Shown here piece by piece: positions 27,873-38,631 of a stretch of DNA of 64,000 bases. How positions within the stretch are numbered: position 1 is the stretch's first letter; each line of letters starts with the position of its first letter. Origin of the DNA: the human T2T-CHM13v2.0 reference genome, Homo sapiens. The notes beneath the pieces are model-generated. The model did no database searches. It was given only the letters and a program-made list of their open reading frames with translations, and was not told the origin of the DNA. Both the position numbers and the translations under genes were made by a program. Where the stretch lies: assembly GCF_009914755.1 (NCBI RefSeq), contig NC_060947.1. One strand, given 5' to 3'.

Positions 27873-28284
27873 TGGCTGGTGGCTGGCAAAATGGCTGAAT
27901 AGACAGCTCTGGTCTGCAGCTCCTAGCGAGATCATTGCAGCGGGTGGGTGATTTCTGCATTTCCAACTGAGGTACCCAGCTCATTTCACTGGGACTGATT
28001 AGACAGTGGATGCAGCCCACAGAGGGTGAGCCAAAGCAGGGTGTGGTGTCACCTCACCCAGGAAGCACAACGGGTCAGAAAACTCCCTACCCCTAGCCAA
28101 GGGAAGCAAGCCATGAGGGACTCTGCAGTGAGGAACGGTGCACTCTGGCCCAGATACTACACTTTTCCCACGGTCTTTGCAACCCACAAGGCAGGAGATT
28201 CCCTTGGGTGCCTACACCACCAGGGCCCTGGGTTTCAAGCACAAAACTGGGCTGCTGTTTGGGCAGACACCAAGCTAGCTGTAG
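27873..28284 (+). mobile_element. L1PA7/8-like 5' UTR only (~410 bp)
   Basis: 'ggcaaaatggctgaatag..cagctctggtctgcagctcc...ggtgatttctgcatttccaactgaggtacc' is an L1 promoter start. Confidence 0.88.
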
Positions 28285-28354
28285 TTTTCTTTTCTTTTCT
28301 TTACTTTCTTTTCTTTACTTTTCTTTTCTTTTCCTTTCTTTTCCCTTCCTTCCT

Positions 28355-28417
<63 letters not shown>

Positions 28418-28438
28418 CTTTCTTTTTTTTTATTTTTT
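28284..28438. repeat. (TTTC)n pyrimidine-rich microsatellite
   Basis: Read directly. Confidence 0.95.
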
Positions 28439-30724
28439 CAGTGGCTGGTATGAGTGTTTCTTTTCTGTATTTATTACCTCTTACAGGAGCTATTGCAGGG
28501 CAGGCCTGGTGGTAACAAAATTCCTCAGCATTTCCTTTTCTGGGAAGGATTTTATTTCTCCTTTGCTTATGAAGCTTACTTTGGTTGCACATGAAATTCT
28601 GGACAGAAAACTCTTTTCTTTAAGAATGTCGAATATTGTTCCCCAATCTCTTCTGGCTTGTATCATTTCTGCTGGGAGGTCCACTGTCAGTCTGATGGGA
28701 TTCCTTTTGTAGGTAACCTGGCCTTTCTCTGGCTGCCCTTAACAGTTTTTTCTTCATTTTGACCTTAGAGAATCTGATGATTATGGGTCTTGGGGTTGAT
28801 CTTCTCTTGGAGTATCTTAATTGTATTCTCTGTATTTCCTGAATTTGCATGTTGGCCTGTCCTTGCTAGGTTGGAGAAGTTCTCCCGGATAATATTCTGA
28901 GGTGCATTTTCCAGCTCATTTCCATTCTCCCTGTCTCCTGGTATTCTGATCAATTGTATGTTCAGTCTTTTTATGCAGTCCCATATTTCTTGGAGGCTTT
29001 GTTCATTCATTTTCATTCTTTTTTCTCTGTTTTTGACTGCAGGTCATATTTCAGTAGGGTGGTCTTCAAACTCTGATATCCTTTCTTCCGCTTGGTCAAT
29101 TTGGCTATTGATACTTGTGTATTCTTCATGAAGTTCTTGTGCTATGTTTTTCAGCTCCCTCAGGTCATTTATGTTCCTCTCTAAACTGGTTATTCTAGTT
29201 AGCAATTCCTCTAACTTTTTATCAAGATTCTTAGCTCATTTGCCTTGGGTTAGAACACGTTCCTTTAGCTCATCATAGTTTTTTATTGCCCATCTTCTGA
29301 AGCCTATTTCTGTCAATTCATCCATCTAATCCTCCATCCAGTTATGTTCCCTTGATGGAGAGAAGTTGCAATTATTTGAAGGACAAGAGGAACTCTGGCC
29401 TTTTGGGTTTTGAGCATGTTTTCATTGATTCTTTCTCATCTTCATGAGTTTTTCTAGTTATAATATTTGAGGCTGCTGACCCTTGTATCAGATTTTTGTG
29501 AGGGCCTTTTTGTTGTTGTTGATGCTGTTTTTGTCACTTTCTGCTTATTTATTTTTCTTTCAATAATCAGGTCCCTCTTCTGTAGGGCTGCTGCAGTTTG
29601 CTGGGGGTTTGCTTCAAGCCTTATTCATCTGATTTGCTCCTGTGCCTGGATATGTCACTCAGGAAGCCTGGAGAGCAGCAAAGATGGGTGCCTGCTCCTT
29701 CTTCTGGGACCTCTGACCTCGAGGGGCACCAGCCTGATGCCAGTAGAATTGCTCCTGTTTAGGATGTCTGACAATCCCTGTTGGAGGGTCTTGCCCAGTT
29801 GGGTGGCATGGGGAGCAGGACTCATCTAATGAGGCACTTTGTCCCTTGGTGTATAGGGTGTGTTTTGCTGGGGGGAGCCCACTTGTCTGGATTTTCTGGA
29901 TTCCTCAGACTACCAGGAGGAGAGGCTAAGTCTGCTGGTCTGCAGAGACTGTGGCCAGCCCTCCCCCTAGGGGCTCAGATCCAGGGAGATCTGAATTCTG
30001 TCCCTGAGACTCTGGCTGGAGTTACCTGAGATCCTGCAGGGAAGCCCCACCCACTGAAGAAGAATGTGTCAGGGTTAGACCTAAAGAGGCACTCTGGCAA
30101 CTGACTGCCACAGTCAGCGTGTCGGGCAGTTGGGGACAAGTCTTGGTACCAAGACATCCAGCCTCCCTGGCTCCACCAGGGAAAAAGCGCAGCCTGAAGC
30201 TATAGAATGTGTGCTGCCCTTCCCCAACCCAGGGAACTTAGCGTGTTAGCCATTTGCCAGTCCCAGTGTTGTCTGCTGCCCCTCCACCAAGGAGCTCAAA
30301 TGGTTTAGACAGCAGGCAGTGGCAGCTGGTGTTGGTCACCCCTCCCCCGAGAGTTTGGTAGGCTTAAGCAGATTCCAGCTGAAAGGCTGTAAGATTCTGG
30401 TTTGGGACCCTAGGTCCTGGTTGCGTGGGTCCGCAAGTGGGATCTTCCAATCTGTGGGTTGCAAAGTTACGTGGAAAAAGCACAGTTTTCCCAGCAGGGT
30501 GGCTGGGGGGTGGTATTTCCTCTTCCCCGTGTGGCTCTCAGGTGGGCCGCCTCACCACACTGCTCTTCCTTCTCTCCGTGGGTCACTCTATCCTTCTAGT
30601 CAATTTTGATGAGAGAACCTGGATACCTTGGTTGCCAGTAAAGGATTCACATCCTTCTCGTGGATTTTTTGATGGGAGCCTCTGAACACAGCTGTTTCTA
30701 GTTGGCCATCTTGGCCCTGCCCCT
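28432..30724 (-). mobile_element. L1PA (approx. PA8-13) 5' UTR plus ORF1, with no ORF2 or 3' end
   Basis: Minus-strand ORF1 peptides MKMNEQSLQEIWD and DLPAEMIQARRDWG; 5' terminus carries the YY1-type motif ccaagatggc (30705-30714, minus). Confidence 0.88.
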
Positions 30725-33292
30725 ATGTTATTGCTTTATAGTTCACAAGTCTGTGTATTTGAGTGTGTGTTTGTAGTGGCTGGTAATGGTCTTTTCTGTA
30801 TTTAGTGCTTCCTTCAGCAGCTCTTGTAAGGCATGCCTGGTAGTGATGAATTCCCTCAGCATTTGCTTGTCTGAAGAGGGTCTTATTTTTCCTTTGCTCG
30901 TAAAGCTTAGTTTGCTGGATATGAAATTCCGGATTGAAATTTATTTTCTTTAACGATGTTGAATATTGGCCCCCAATCTCTTCTGTTTTGTAAGGTTTCT
31001 GCTGAGAGGTCTGCTGTTAGTCTGATGGGCTTCCCTTTGTAGATTACCTGACCTTTCTCTCTGGCTGCCTTTAAGATGTGTTGTTTCATTTTTACCTTGG
31101 AGAATCTGATGATTATGTTTTTTGTGGACAGTCTTCTTTTGAAGTATCTTACTACGGTTCTCTGCATTTCTACAATTTGAATGTTAGCCTCTCTAGCTGG
31201 GTTGGGGAAGTTCTTATGGAGGATGTCCTGAAATATGTTTTTCCAAGTTGGTTCCATTCTCCCCATCTTTTTTAGGGACACCAACGTGTCATAGATTTCA
31301 TCTCTTTACATAACTTCATATTTCTCGGAAGTGTTTGTTCCTTTTATTCTTTTATCACTATTATTCTCTGGCCGTCTTATCTCAGAAAGTCAATCTTCAA
31401 GCTGTGAGATTCTTTTCTCCACTTGGTCTATTTTGCTATTAATACTTGTGATTACATTATGAAATTATTGTAGGGTTTTTTTTTTTCAGCTCTATCAGGA
31501 TTGTTACTTTTTTTTCTATATTGGCTATTTTGTCTGCCAGCTCCTGCAATTTTATCGTCATTCTTAACTTCCTTAGAATGGGCTTCAATATATTCCTGTA
31601 GCTCACTGATCTTTGGTCCTGTCTATATGCTGAAATTTATTTCTGTCACTTCATCCATCTCAGCTTAGTTCAAAACCCTTGCTGGAGAGGTGATGTGGTT
31701 GTATGGAGGAAAGAAGGTACTCTGGCTTTTTGTCAGGGTTCTTGTGCTGGAACTTTCTTATTTTTGTGGGCTTGTGTTCCTTCATTTTTTGAGGTTGCTG
31801 ACCTTTGAATGGGTCTCTTTTCTTTTCTTATTTGATGAACTTGAGGATTTGATTGTGGTATAAGATATTCAGCTGACTGGCTTTCTTTCTGGAAGATTTT
31901 AGAGGGCCAATGCTTAGCTCCCAAGTCCTGGACTGTGCAGTCTAATTCTAAGGAACTTGTATTGGGCCCCAACTTTGTTCTCTGCAGCTCCTTGAGATAG
32001 GAATCCTCTGTGCTGGGGTTGCAGGGTAGGTGGGCAATGTGCTCCCAAACCCGCTGGTCACTAAACATCAAGGAGTGGTGTCAGCGAAAGCTTTTTATAG
32101 TGCGGTGACAGCAGGATTCAGCATTGTTTACACATGTCAGCAGCAGTGGTAGCAACAGTACAGTGGGGTGCATACTCATCAGCTGCATCAGGGTGTTAGT
32201 GGGTGCCAGGGTGCCTGTCACCCTGTGAGTGTTCACCACAGTGGTGGAGGTAACACAGCTCAAGGGGTATCAGGGTCCCCTGCTGGTGACTGTGTTTGTG
32301 TGTTCACACTGGTGGTGGTGTTGGTTCGGGGATGGGGTGCTGGTGGGTGCAGGTCTTTGTGTCTTCTCTGTGCACCACAAGCAGGAGTGTTGCTTAGGGC
32401 TGCTCTTCTCCACATCTAGTTTCACTCCCATGGCAGTGTTGGCACAAGGGTGGGGTGCTGGTGGGGTTGAGTCTGGCTGGCTCTATGTTCACCAGTGCAC
32501 CCTCTGCATTGGTAATCAGTGGGAGGATGGGAGGTGGAATATGCTCCCACCACAGCAGTAGCAGGGCAGGGTGCATGCACACTCTTGTGCTGGCAGGGCA
32601 AGGAAAACAACACCAGCCCACACAGACACTTGCCAGCAAAGTGAGTTGTCATGGGCCATGGGGAAGCTGCAATTTGTGGAGGAAGTGTACTGGCTGGTGC
32701 GTAGCCATGGGGGCCACCCTGCTGGAACTCTGCCATTCAGGTGGTCCACCAGCACAGAGGCTGTACTATAGGCACCTGAGGCTGCCTTGCAAGAAGGTGT
32801 GGTCAGGCTGGGGCCCCAGGAGAGGCTAGCAGACCAAGGGGTATTCCGGTCAGACTGGCCCCATCTGATGGGGAAGATAACCCTGCAGAGTTCAGGACCA
32901 ACAGTTCCTCTAGAGCTAAAGTCTCCTATGGGAGCAAGTTGAGCCTAGGGCGATGGCTGTCCTTGGCTGTGCTCCACTACGGCCACTCCCCTGGTCTCCA
33001 CATCAACTGGCTTGCTTCCCCTATCAGTTCTCTAAGTAGCTCTTACTACAAATTTGAGTAAAGGATAGAACTCAACTGGAGGTGGACAGGTCTTGTCCTG
33101 CGGAGGTTCCAGTGGCCTGTGGCGAGAACAGGTTATTTTTTGCCGGTTCAACTCACCCATTCTCCTGGAGCTGTTGGGAGCCAGAAATGAGTCCAGATGC
33201 ACAGTAGCCCCCATGTAGGGTTTTCAACTTTCTCCCGCTTCAGCCCAGCTTCTGTGTCTTACCTCCATCCACTTGCAGTGACTTCCCTCTGA
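30725..33292 (-). mobile_element. Older L1P (L1PA15-17/L1PB-like) 5' UTR plus ORF1, with no ORF2
   Basis: Minus-strand ORF 30907-31284 'KGKPIRLTADLSAETLQNRRDWGPIFN', followed by a GC-richer 5' UTR. Confidence 0.82.
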
Positions 33293-33703
33293 ACTCATTG
33301 ATTTTCCTATTGTTTTTCTATTCTCTATTTTGTTTATCTCTGCTCTAATATTTATTATTCTCTTTCCTCTATTAACTTTGTGTTTAGTTTGTTCTTTCTG
33401 TAGCTTCTTGAGGTATAAAGTTAGGTTGTTGATTTGGGATTCTTTTTAACGTATAAATTTACAGTTATAAATCTCCCAATTAGCACTGTTTCCCTGCATT
33501 ATATAAGTTTAGATGTGTTGTGTTTTCATTTTTGTTAGTCTCAAAATATTGTCTGATTTCCCTTCTGACTTCTTTTTAGATTCATTGATGGTTGAAAATT
33601 GTCTTGTTAATTTCTCCATATTTGTGGATTTTCTAGGTTTTCTTGTGCTAATCATTTCTATTTTTATCACATTCTGATAAAAAAAATACTTCGCATGATT
33701 TAA

Positions 33704-34203
33704 CCCATTTTCTCTTTCCCCCTAGAATACTCCTCAGCAGCGTCTGTGGCTGCAGCATTTACCCTTGGATAACTTTGTCATAAAATATATTACTTTAATT
33801 ATTATTTTTTCAGCGCTCTAGTATAGCAGCTTTGGAGACAAAATACATCATTCTATTTATAGCATTCTGTTTTTAGTAGTGGTATTTTCATTTACAAAAT
33901 AAACTAATTCTTGATTGCTAAAAATATCAAATGCTCCAAAACATAACATTTCTACACATGATGTTAACATTTTTCTTGAACAGTTGTTGGACAAAGATTC
34001 GTTTAATGAATCTGATTTTTCCAAAATAGGCAATTCTGATGATTCGGATGATTCTGATGTTAGTTCTGTTTGGAAATAAATCCAAGAGCAGTTTTTTATA
34101 TTTTATTTTCACAGTAAAAATCAGTCACATTTTCCTTCAGCCTGAAAGTGTGTTCATGTAAAATTAAATGAGTACTGGCAGTGAGCTGCACTTTTTTTTT
34201 CTA
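33704..34203 (+). mobile_element. MER75 non-autonomous piggyBac DNA transposon, right TIR missing
   Basis: TTAA (33700-33703) followed by CCC.. left TIR; the body matches recalled MER75 ('ggctgcagcatttacc', 'catcattctatttatagcattctgtttttagtagtggtatt', 'ggcagtgagctgcactttttttt'). Confidence 0.88.
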
Positions 34204-35064
34204 TCTCTTATTGAAAGTGAGGTATTGAATTCTGTTTTTATGCTTTTGTTTATTTCTCACTTCAATTCTAAAAAAAATTGCTTCATACATTTGAAGCTCT
34301 GAACTTTGGATAACTATTATATCTTTGTTAATTGACCCTTTTAGCATTACATAATGCTTCTTTGTCTCTCGTAACCATTTTTGATTGGTCTATTTGTCTA
34401 CTATTTGAATAGCTATTCCTGCTTTTTCTTGTTTACCATTTTCATGGAACATCTTTTTTCCTTATTTCACGTTCAGCTTGTGTGTCCTTAGATCTAAAGT
34501 GTGTCTCTTGTTCACAACGTATAGTTGGATCTTATTTTCTAATCCACTCAGCCAATCTGTCTTTTGATTAGGGAGTTTAATCTGTTTACTTCTGAAGTAT
34601 TTCTCTATAAGGAAGAAGTTACTATTGTAATTTTGTTCATTGTTTTCTGTATATTTGTAGCCTTTTTGTTTCTTCTATCCAATATTACTGACTTCCTTTG
34701 TGTTTGTAAAATTTTTTTCTTTATGTGATTTGATTCTCTTCTCATTTCCTTCTGTATATATTTTATAAATAATTGCATCATTGTTACTATAAAATGGCAA
34801 AAAGCATCTTAAAATTATAGCATTCTATTTTAAATTGGCAAGAACTTAACTTCAATTCAATATAAAAAGTCTACTCTTTACAACCTCACCCACACCCTCA
34901 GTTTATGTTGTTGCTGTCACAACTTATATCTTTATATATTGTACAGTCATGGACATAGATTTATTGTTATTCTTGCTTTTGGCATTTACATTCTATATAC
35001 CAAAATTACAGTAGCATGTTTTATTATATTTATCCACATATTAACCTTTACTGGAGGTAAACAG

Positions 35065-35191
35065 TTTTTTTTTATTGTTATTATACTTTAAGTTTTAGGG
35101 TACATGTGCACAATGTGGCGGTTAGTTACATATGTATACATGTGCCATGCTGGTGTGCTGCACCCATTAACTCATCATTTAGCATTAGGTA
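35065..35191 (-). mobile_element. Extremely 5'-truncated young L1 (L1PA2/3-like), ~125 bp
   Basis: 'ttatactttaagttttagggtacatgtgcac...catttagcattaggta'; TSD taaacagtttttt (35058-35070 / 35192-35204). Confidence 0.9.
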
Positions 35192-35262
35192 TAAACAGTT
35201 TTTTGAACAGCTTTATGTTGCTGTCAATTTACTTTCATTTCCACTTGAAAGATACCTTTTAG

Positions 35263-35267
<5 letters not shown>

Positions 35268-35312
<45 letters not shown>
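35268..35312. repeat. (TG)n microsatellite
   Basis: Read directly. Confidence 0.95.
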
Positions 35313-35315
<3 letters not shown>

Positions 35316-36126
35316 ACAAGTCTAGTGGTGATGAACTCCCTTAGCTTTTGCTTATCTAACAATGTCTTAATTTCTCATTTTAGGATAGTTTGGTCAGATA
35401 CAAAATTCTTTGTTGAGAGTTTTATTTTTCCTTCAGCACTTTGAATATATTATCACCCTTCTGGACTGCAATATTTCTCCTGAGAAATCCACTGATAATG
35501 TAACAGAAGCTCCCTTATATGTGTTAAATCACTTTTTTCTTGCTGCTTGTGCAGTTGTTTCTTTATTTTTTATTTTAGATATGTTAATTATAATATGTTT
35601 TGCTGTGGTACTCTCTTGATTTATTTCAGTTGAACTTCTTGAATCTGTATGTTCAATTCTTTCCTCAGTTTTAATGAGTTCTTGGCCATTTTTTTAAAAA
35701 AATATACTCTCTGTTTCTTTATTTTCCCTTTGGTCTTCTCATATTACATCTGTTACATGTTTTTTAATTATTCCACAATCCCTGAATATTCTGTTCTGTT
35801 TTTTTTTTTCAGTCTTTTTTATTCCTCTGGATTTTCAATTTGGAAGGTATTAATTGTAAAATCCTTACGCTCAGAGTTTTTTTCCCAGCCATGTTCAGTC
35901 TATTCATGAGCCCATCAAATGCACTATTTCTTTTCATTGCAGTGTTTTTTAATCTTAGTCTCTATCTTTTTTTTTAGCTATTCCTTAAAATTTCCATCTC
36001 TTTGCTTACGTATCCATCTGATCTTATGTGTTGTCTACCTTTTTCATTAAATCTTTTACCATATTAATGGTAGATTATTATAAGTTCCTGGGTTGAACCT
36101 TTCAACTTTTTCAACATTCCTAATTA

Positions 36127-36410
36127 ATCTTAGTCTACTTGGACTGCTATAACAAAATACCATAAACTGATACCTTTTAAACTACAGACATTTATTTCTT
36201 ACAGCTCTAGGGGCTTAGACGTCCATGATCAAGGTGCTGGCACATGCAGTGAATGATAAAGGCCCCTTTCCTGGTTTTATACATGGCCATCTTCTTGTCT
36301 TAATCTCACATGATGAAACAGATAGAGGATATTCTTCCCCCATGTTGGTTATGTTCTCTGAAACCTCTTATATAAGGGCACTGATCCCATTCATGAGGGC
36401 TTATTCACAT
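36127..36410 (-). mobile_element. MLT1A-like MaLR LTR (partial)
   Basis: 'tcttagtctacttggactgctataacaaaataccataaactg...tataagggcactgatcccattcatgagggc'. Confidence 0.8.
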
Positions 36411-36569
36411 GACAGCACTGCCATATCTGACTCTGGTCTTGATGGCTTCTTCCATTTTTTCAAACTGTTTTTTTTTTTTTTGCTTGTTTGTTTTGTTTTT
36501 ACATTTTAGTGTGCTTTGTAATTTTCTGTTAAAATGTGGTTCATGATGTACTGGGTAAAATGAACTACT

Positions 36570-36718
36570 GGCCAGTCATGGTGGCTGATGTCTGTAATCC
36601 CAGCACTTTGGAATGTCAAGACAGGAGAATCACTTGAACCTAGGAGTTTGAGAGCAGCTTGGGCAACCTTGTGATAACCTTTTTCTAATAAAAACAATAA
36701 TAAAATGAATAATAATGC
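36570..36718 (+). mobile_element. Alu monomer (FLAM-like)
   Basis: A single Alu arm with an A-rich tail; TSD aaatgaact(a/t)ct (36558-36569 / 36719-36730). Confidence 0.85.
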
Positions 36719-37566
36719 AAATGAACTTCTGTAAATAAGCTTTTTGTAAAGTAGTGGTAAGGAGTGAGGGAAAAGGAACCACTCTAGAGTCCTATGATTT
36801 TCAGTTTTGGGGTAAACTTGGACTGTAAATTTCACCAGTTCTTCTCAGCCTTAGGTGGAATAGGACGGCTAGAGGGGCTTTGAGTTGGGTATTACACTTT
36901 CCCCAGGTTGGTTATGTTGTGATAAAACTCTAGCATTTTAAGCTCTTTTAAATAGTTCATGTTGAAGGCAAACCTTTTTAAGAATAACAGAACACTGTGG
37001 TATGTTTCAGAATCGTTCATTTTCCTCTCCTCTTGAAAGGAGCACAAGGAAGTTTTTTTTGTTTGTTTGTTTTGTTTTTCGTTGTTGTTGTTGTTGTTTT
37101 TTCCTGATATTTACTGTAGTGACCTGGTAGAGCTCCTGGGAGAAAAACTCACAAAAATGTGGGGCTCCACCTTAGACTGGGCTCTCTTAGAGGTTTTAAC
37201 TCTCAGACTTGCCCACATTATGCCTCCATTAATTATTCAATTACAGTTCAGGTTTTTCTATCCTGTTCCCACAGAGGTTTCTGCTTTGTATGTCATGATT
37301 CCTCATATATGCCCATATGTCTGTCCAATTTTGGGGACAGTGGTTTGTCATGTGGTCTTACCTCTCTTATATGCCTAAAAAGAGTGTTTTTTTTTTATTT
37401 CAGTGTGTTCAGCTTTGATCTTGTTAGAATGGAGTGGCAAAATTTGAATCATTTTATATGCTCAATCAGAAACTGGAAGACTCCATATGCTTATTATTTA
37501 CAAATTCTTATTCTAGGCCAAAATTCTCATCTTACTCATTGTGATGGTTAATACTGAGTGTCAACT

Positions 37567-37577
37567 TGATTGGATTA
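37567..37577 (-). promoter_or_regulatory. DUX4-type motif TAATCCAATCA in the 5' LTR
   Basis: The + strand reads TGATTGGATTA, matching TAAYYYAATCA. MLT2A1 LTRs are established DUX4 targets; function at this copy is untested. Confidence 0.6.
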
Positions 37578-37919
37578 ATGAATACAAAGTATTAATCCTA
37601 GGTGTGTCTGTGAGGGTGTTGCCAAAGGAGATTAACATTTGAGTCAGTGGTCTGGAGAAGGCAGACTCACCCTTAGTTGGGTGGGTACCATCTAATCAGC
37701 TGCCAGTGAATATAAAGCAGGCAGAAAAACATGAAAAGGAGAGACTGGCCTAGCCTCCCAGCCTACATCTTTCTCCCATGCTGGATGCTTCCTGCCCTCA
37801 AATATCAGACTGCAAGTTCTTCATCTTTGGGACTTGAACTGGCTCTCCTTGCTCCTCAGCTTGCAGACAGCCTATGGTGGGGCCTTGTGGTCATGTAAGT
37901 TAATACGTAATAAACTCTC

Positions 37920-38553
37920 ATATATATAATATATCCTATTTGTGTATATATATATATACTTATATGTCTATCTTCTATTTATATATATATATATCCCCTT
38001 TATATATATATGTTCTATATTTATATAGATGTCTCTATATATATATGTAAAGGTATGTGTGTGTATGTGTGTGTGTATGTGTGTATATATATACACATAT
38101 ATATATGGTATGGGATAATGTTGGAAAGAATATGGAGTTGGATAAGGCTGAATCATATATATATATTTATATATGTATATATATTTATATATGTATATAT
38201 ATTTATATATGTATATATATTTATATATGTATATATATTTATATATGTATATATATTTATATATGTATATATATTTATATATAAATACGTATATATGTAT
38301 ATTTATATATATACATATGTATATATATAAATATGTGTATATATACATATGTGTGTATATATACATATATATTTATATATTTATATATATATATTTTATA
38401 TATATATAATATATATATATTATATATATATTTTATATATATAATATATATATATTATATATATATTTTATATATATATAATATATATATATTATATATA
38501 TATTTTATATATATATAATATATATATATTATATATATATTTTATATATATAT
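37920..38553. repeat. TA-rich micro/minisatellite
   Basis: 18-bp units (atatatatttatatatgt) at ~38157-38285 and longer TA/TTTT/AA units at ~38380-38550. Confidence 0.95.
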
Positions 38554-38590
38554 AGCTCTTTCCCTCTAGAGAACCCTGACTAATACAGAT

Positions 38591-38608
38591 TTAGGTAACA
38601 GGAGTGTT
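38591..38608 (+). other. Degenerate primer-binding site (tRNA-Leu type of ERV-L)
   Basis: 'ttaggtaacaggagtgtt' directly after the 5' LTR, resembling TGGTACCAGGAGTGG. Confidence 0.6.
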
Positions 38609-38631
38609 TCTAAAGGAACAGAATATTAAAG

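Larger units (their letters stand above)
33293..37480 (-). mobile_element. Old L1M remnants (ORF2 5' part, ORF1, 5' end), multiply interrupted
   Basis: Antisense L1 phrases 'ttttgtttatctctgctctaat', 'tattgaaagtgaggtattgaa' and 'ttcagcactttgaatatatt', plus a 5'-end-like 'ttgttagaatggagtggcaa'. Confidence 0.7.
37540..38587 (+). repeat. 5' LTR (MLT2A1), enlarged by a TA-rich expansion
   Basis: tgtgatggttaatactgagtgtcaac...gaaccctgactaataca; 1048 bp versus 423 bp for the 3' LTR. Confidence 0.95.

Noticed and set aside
28026-28712. Longest ORF in the track (228 aa) with an F/L/S-rich, membrane-like middle
   Set aside because: It is a chance read-through of an L1 5' UTR, the stop-free (TTTC)n tract and antisense L1 ORF1, and it lacks a true ATG start.
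32081-33214. Dense overlapping ORFs in a GC-richer block
   Set aside because: This is an old L1 5' UTR, where higher GC content lowers stop-codon frequency.
34030-34060. gattctgat repeats
   Set aside because: These are an internal feature of MER75 as I recall its consensus, not a separate array.
37968-38518. Y/I-rich ORFs on both strands
   Set aside because: These are translations of the TA-rich satellite.
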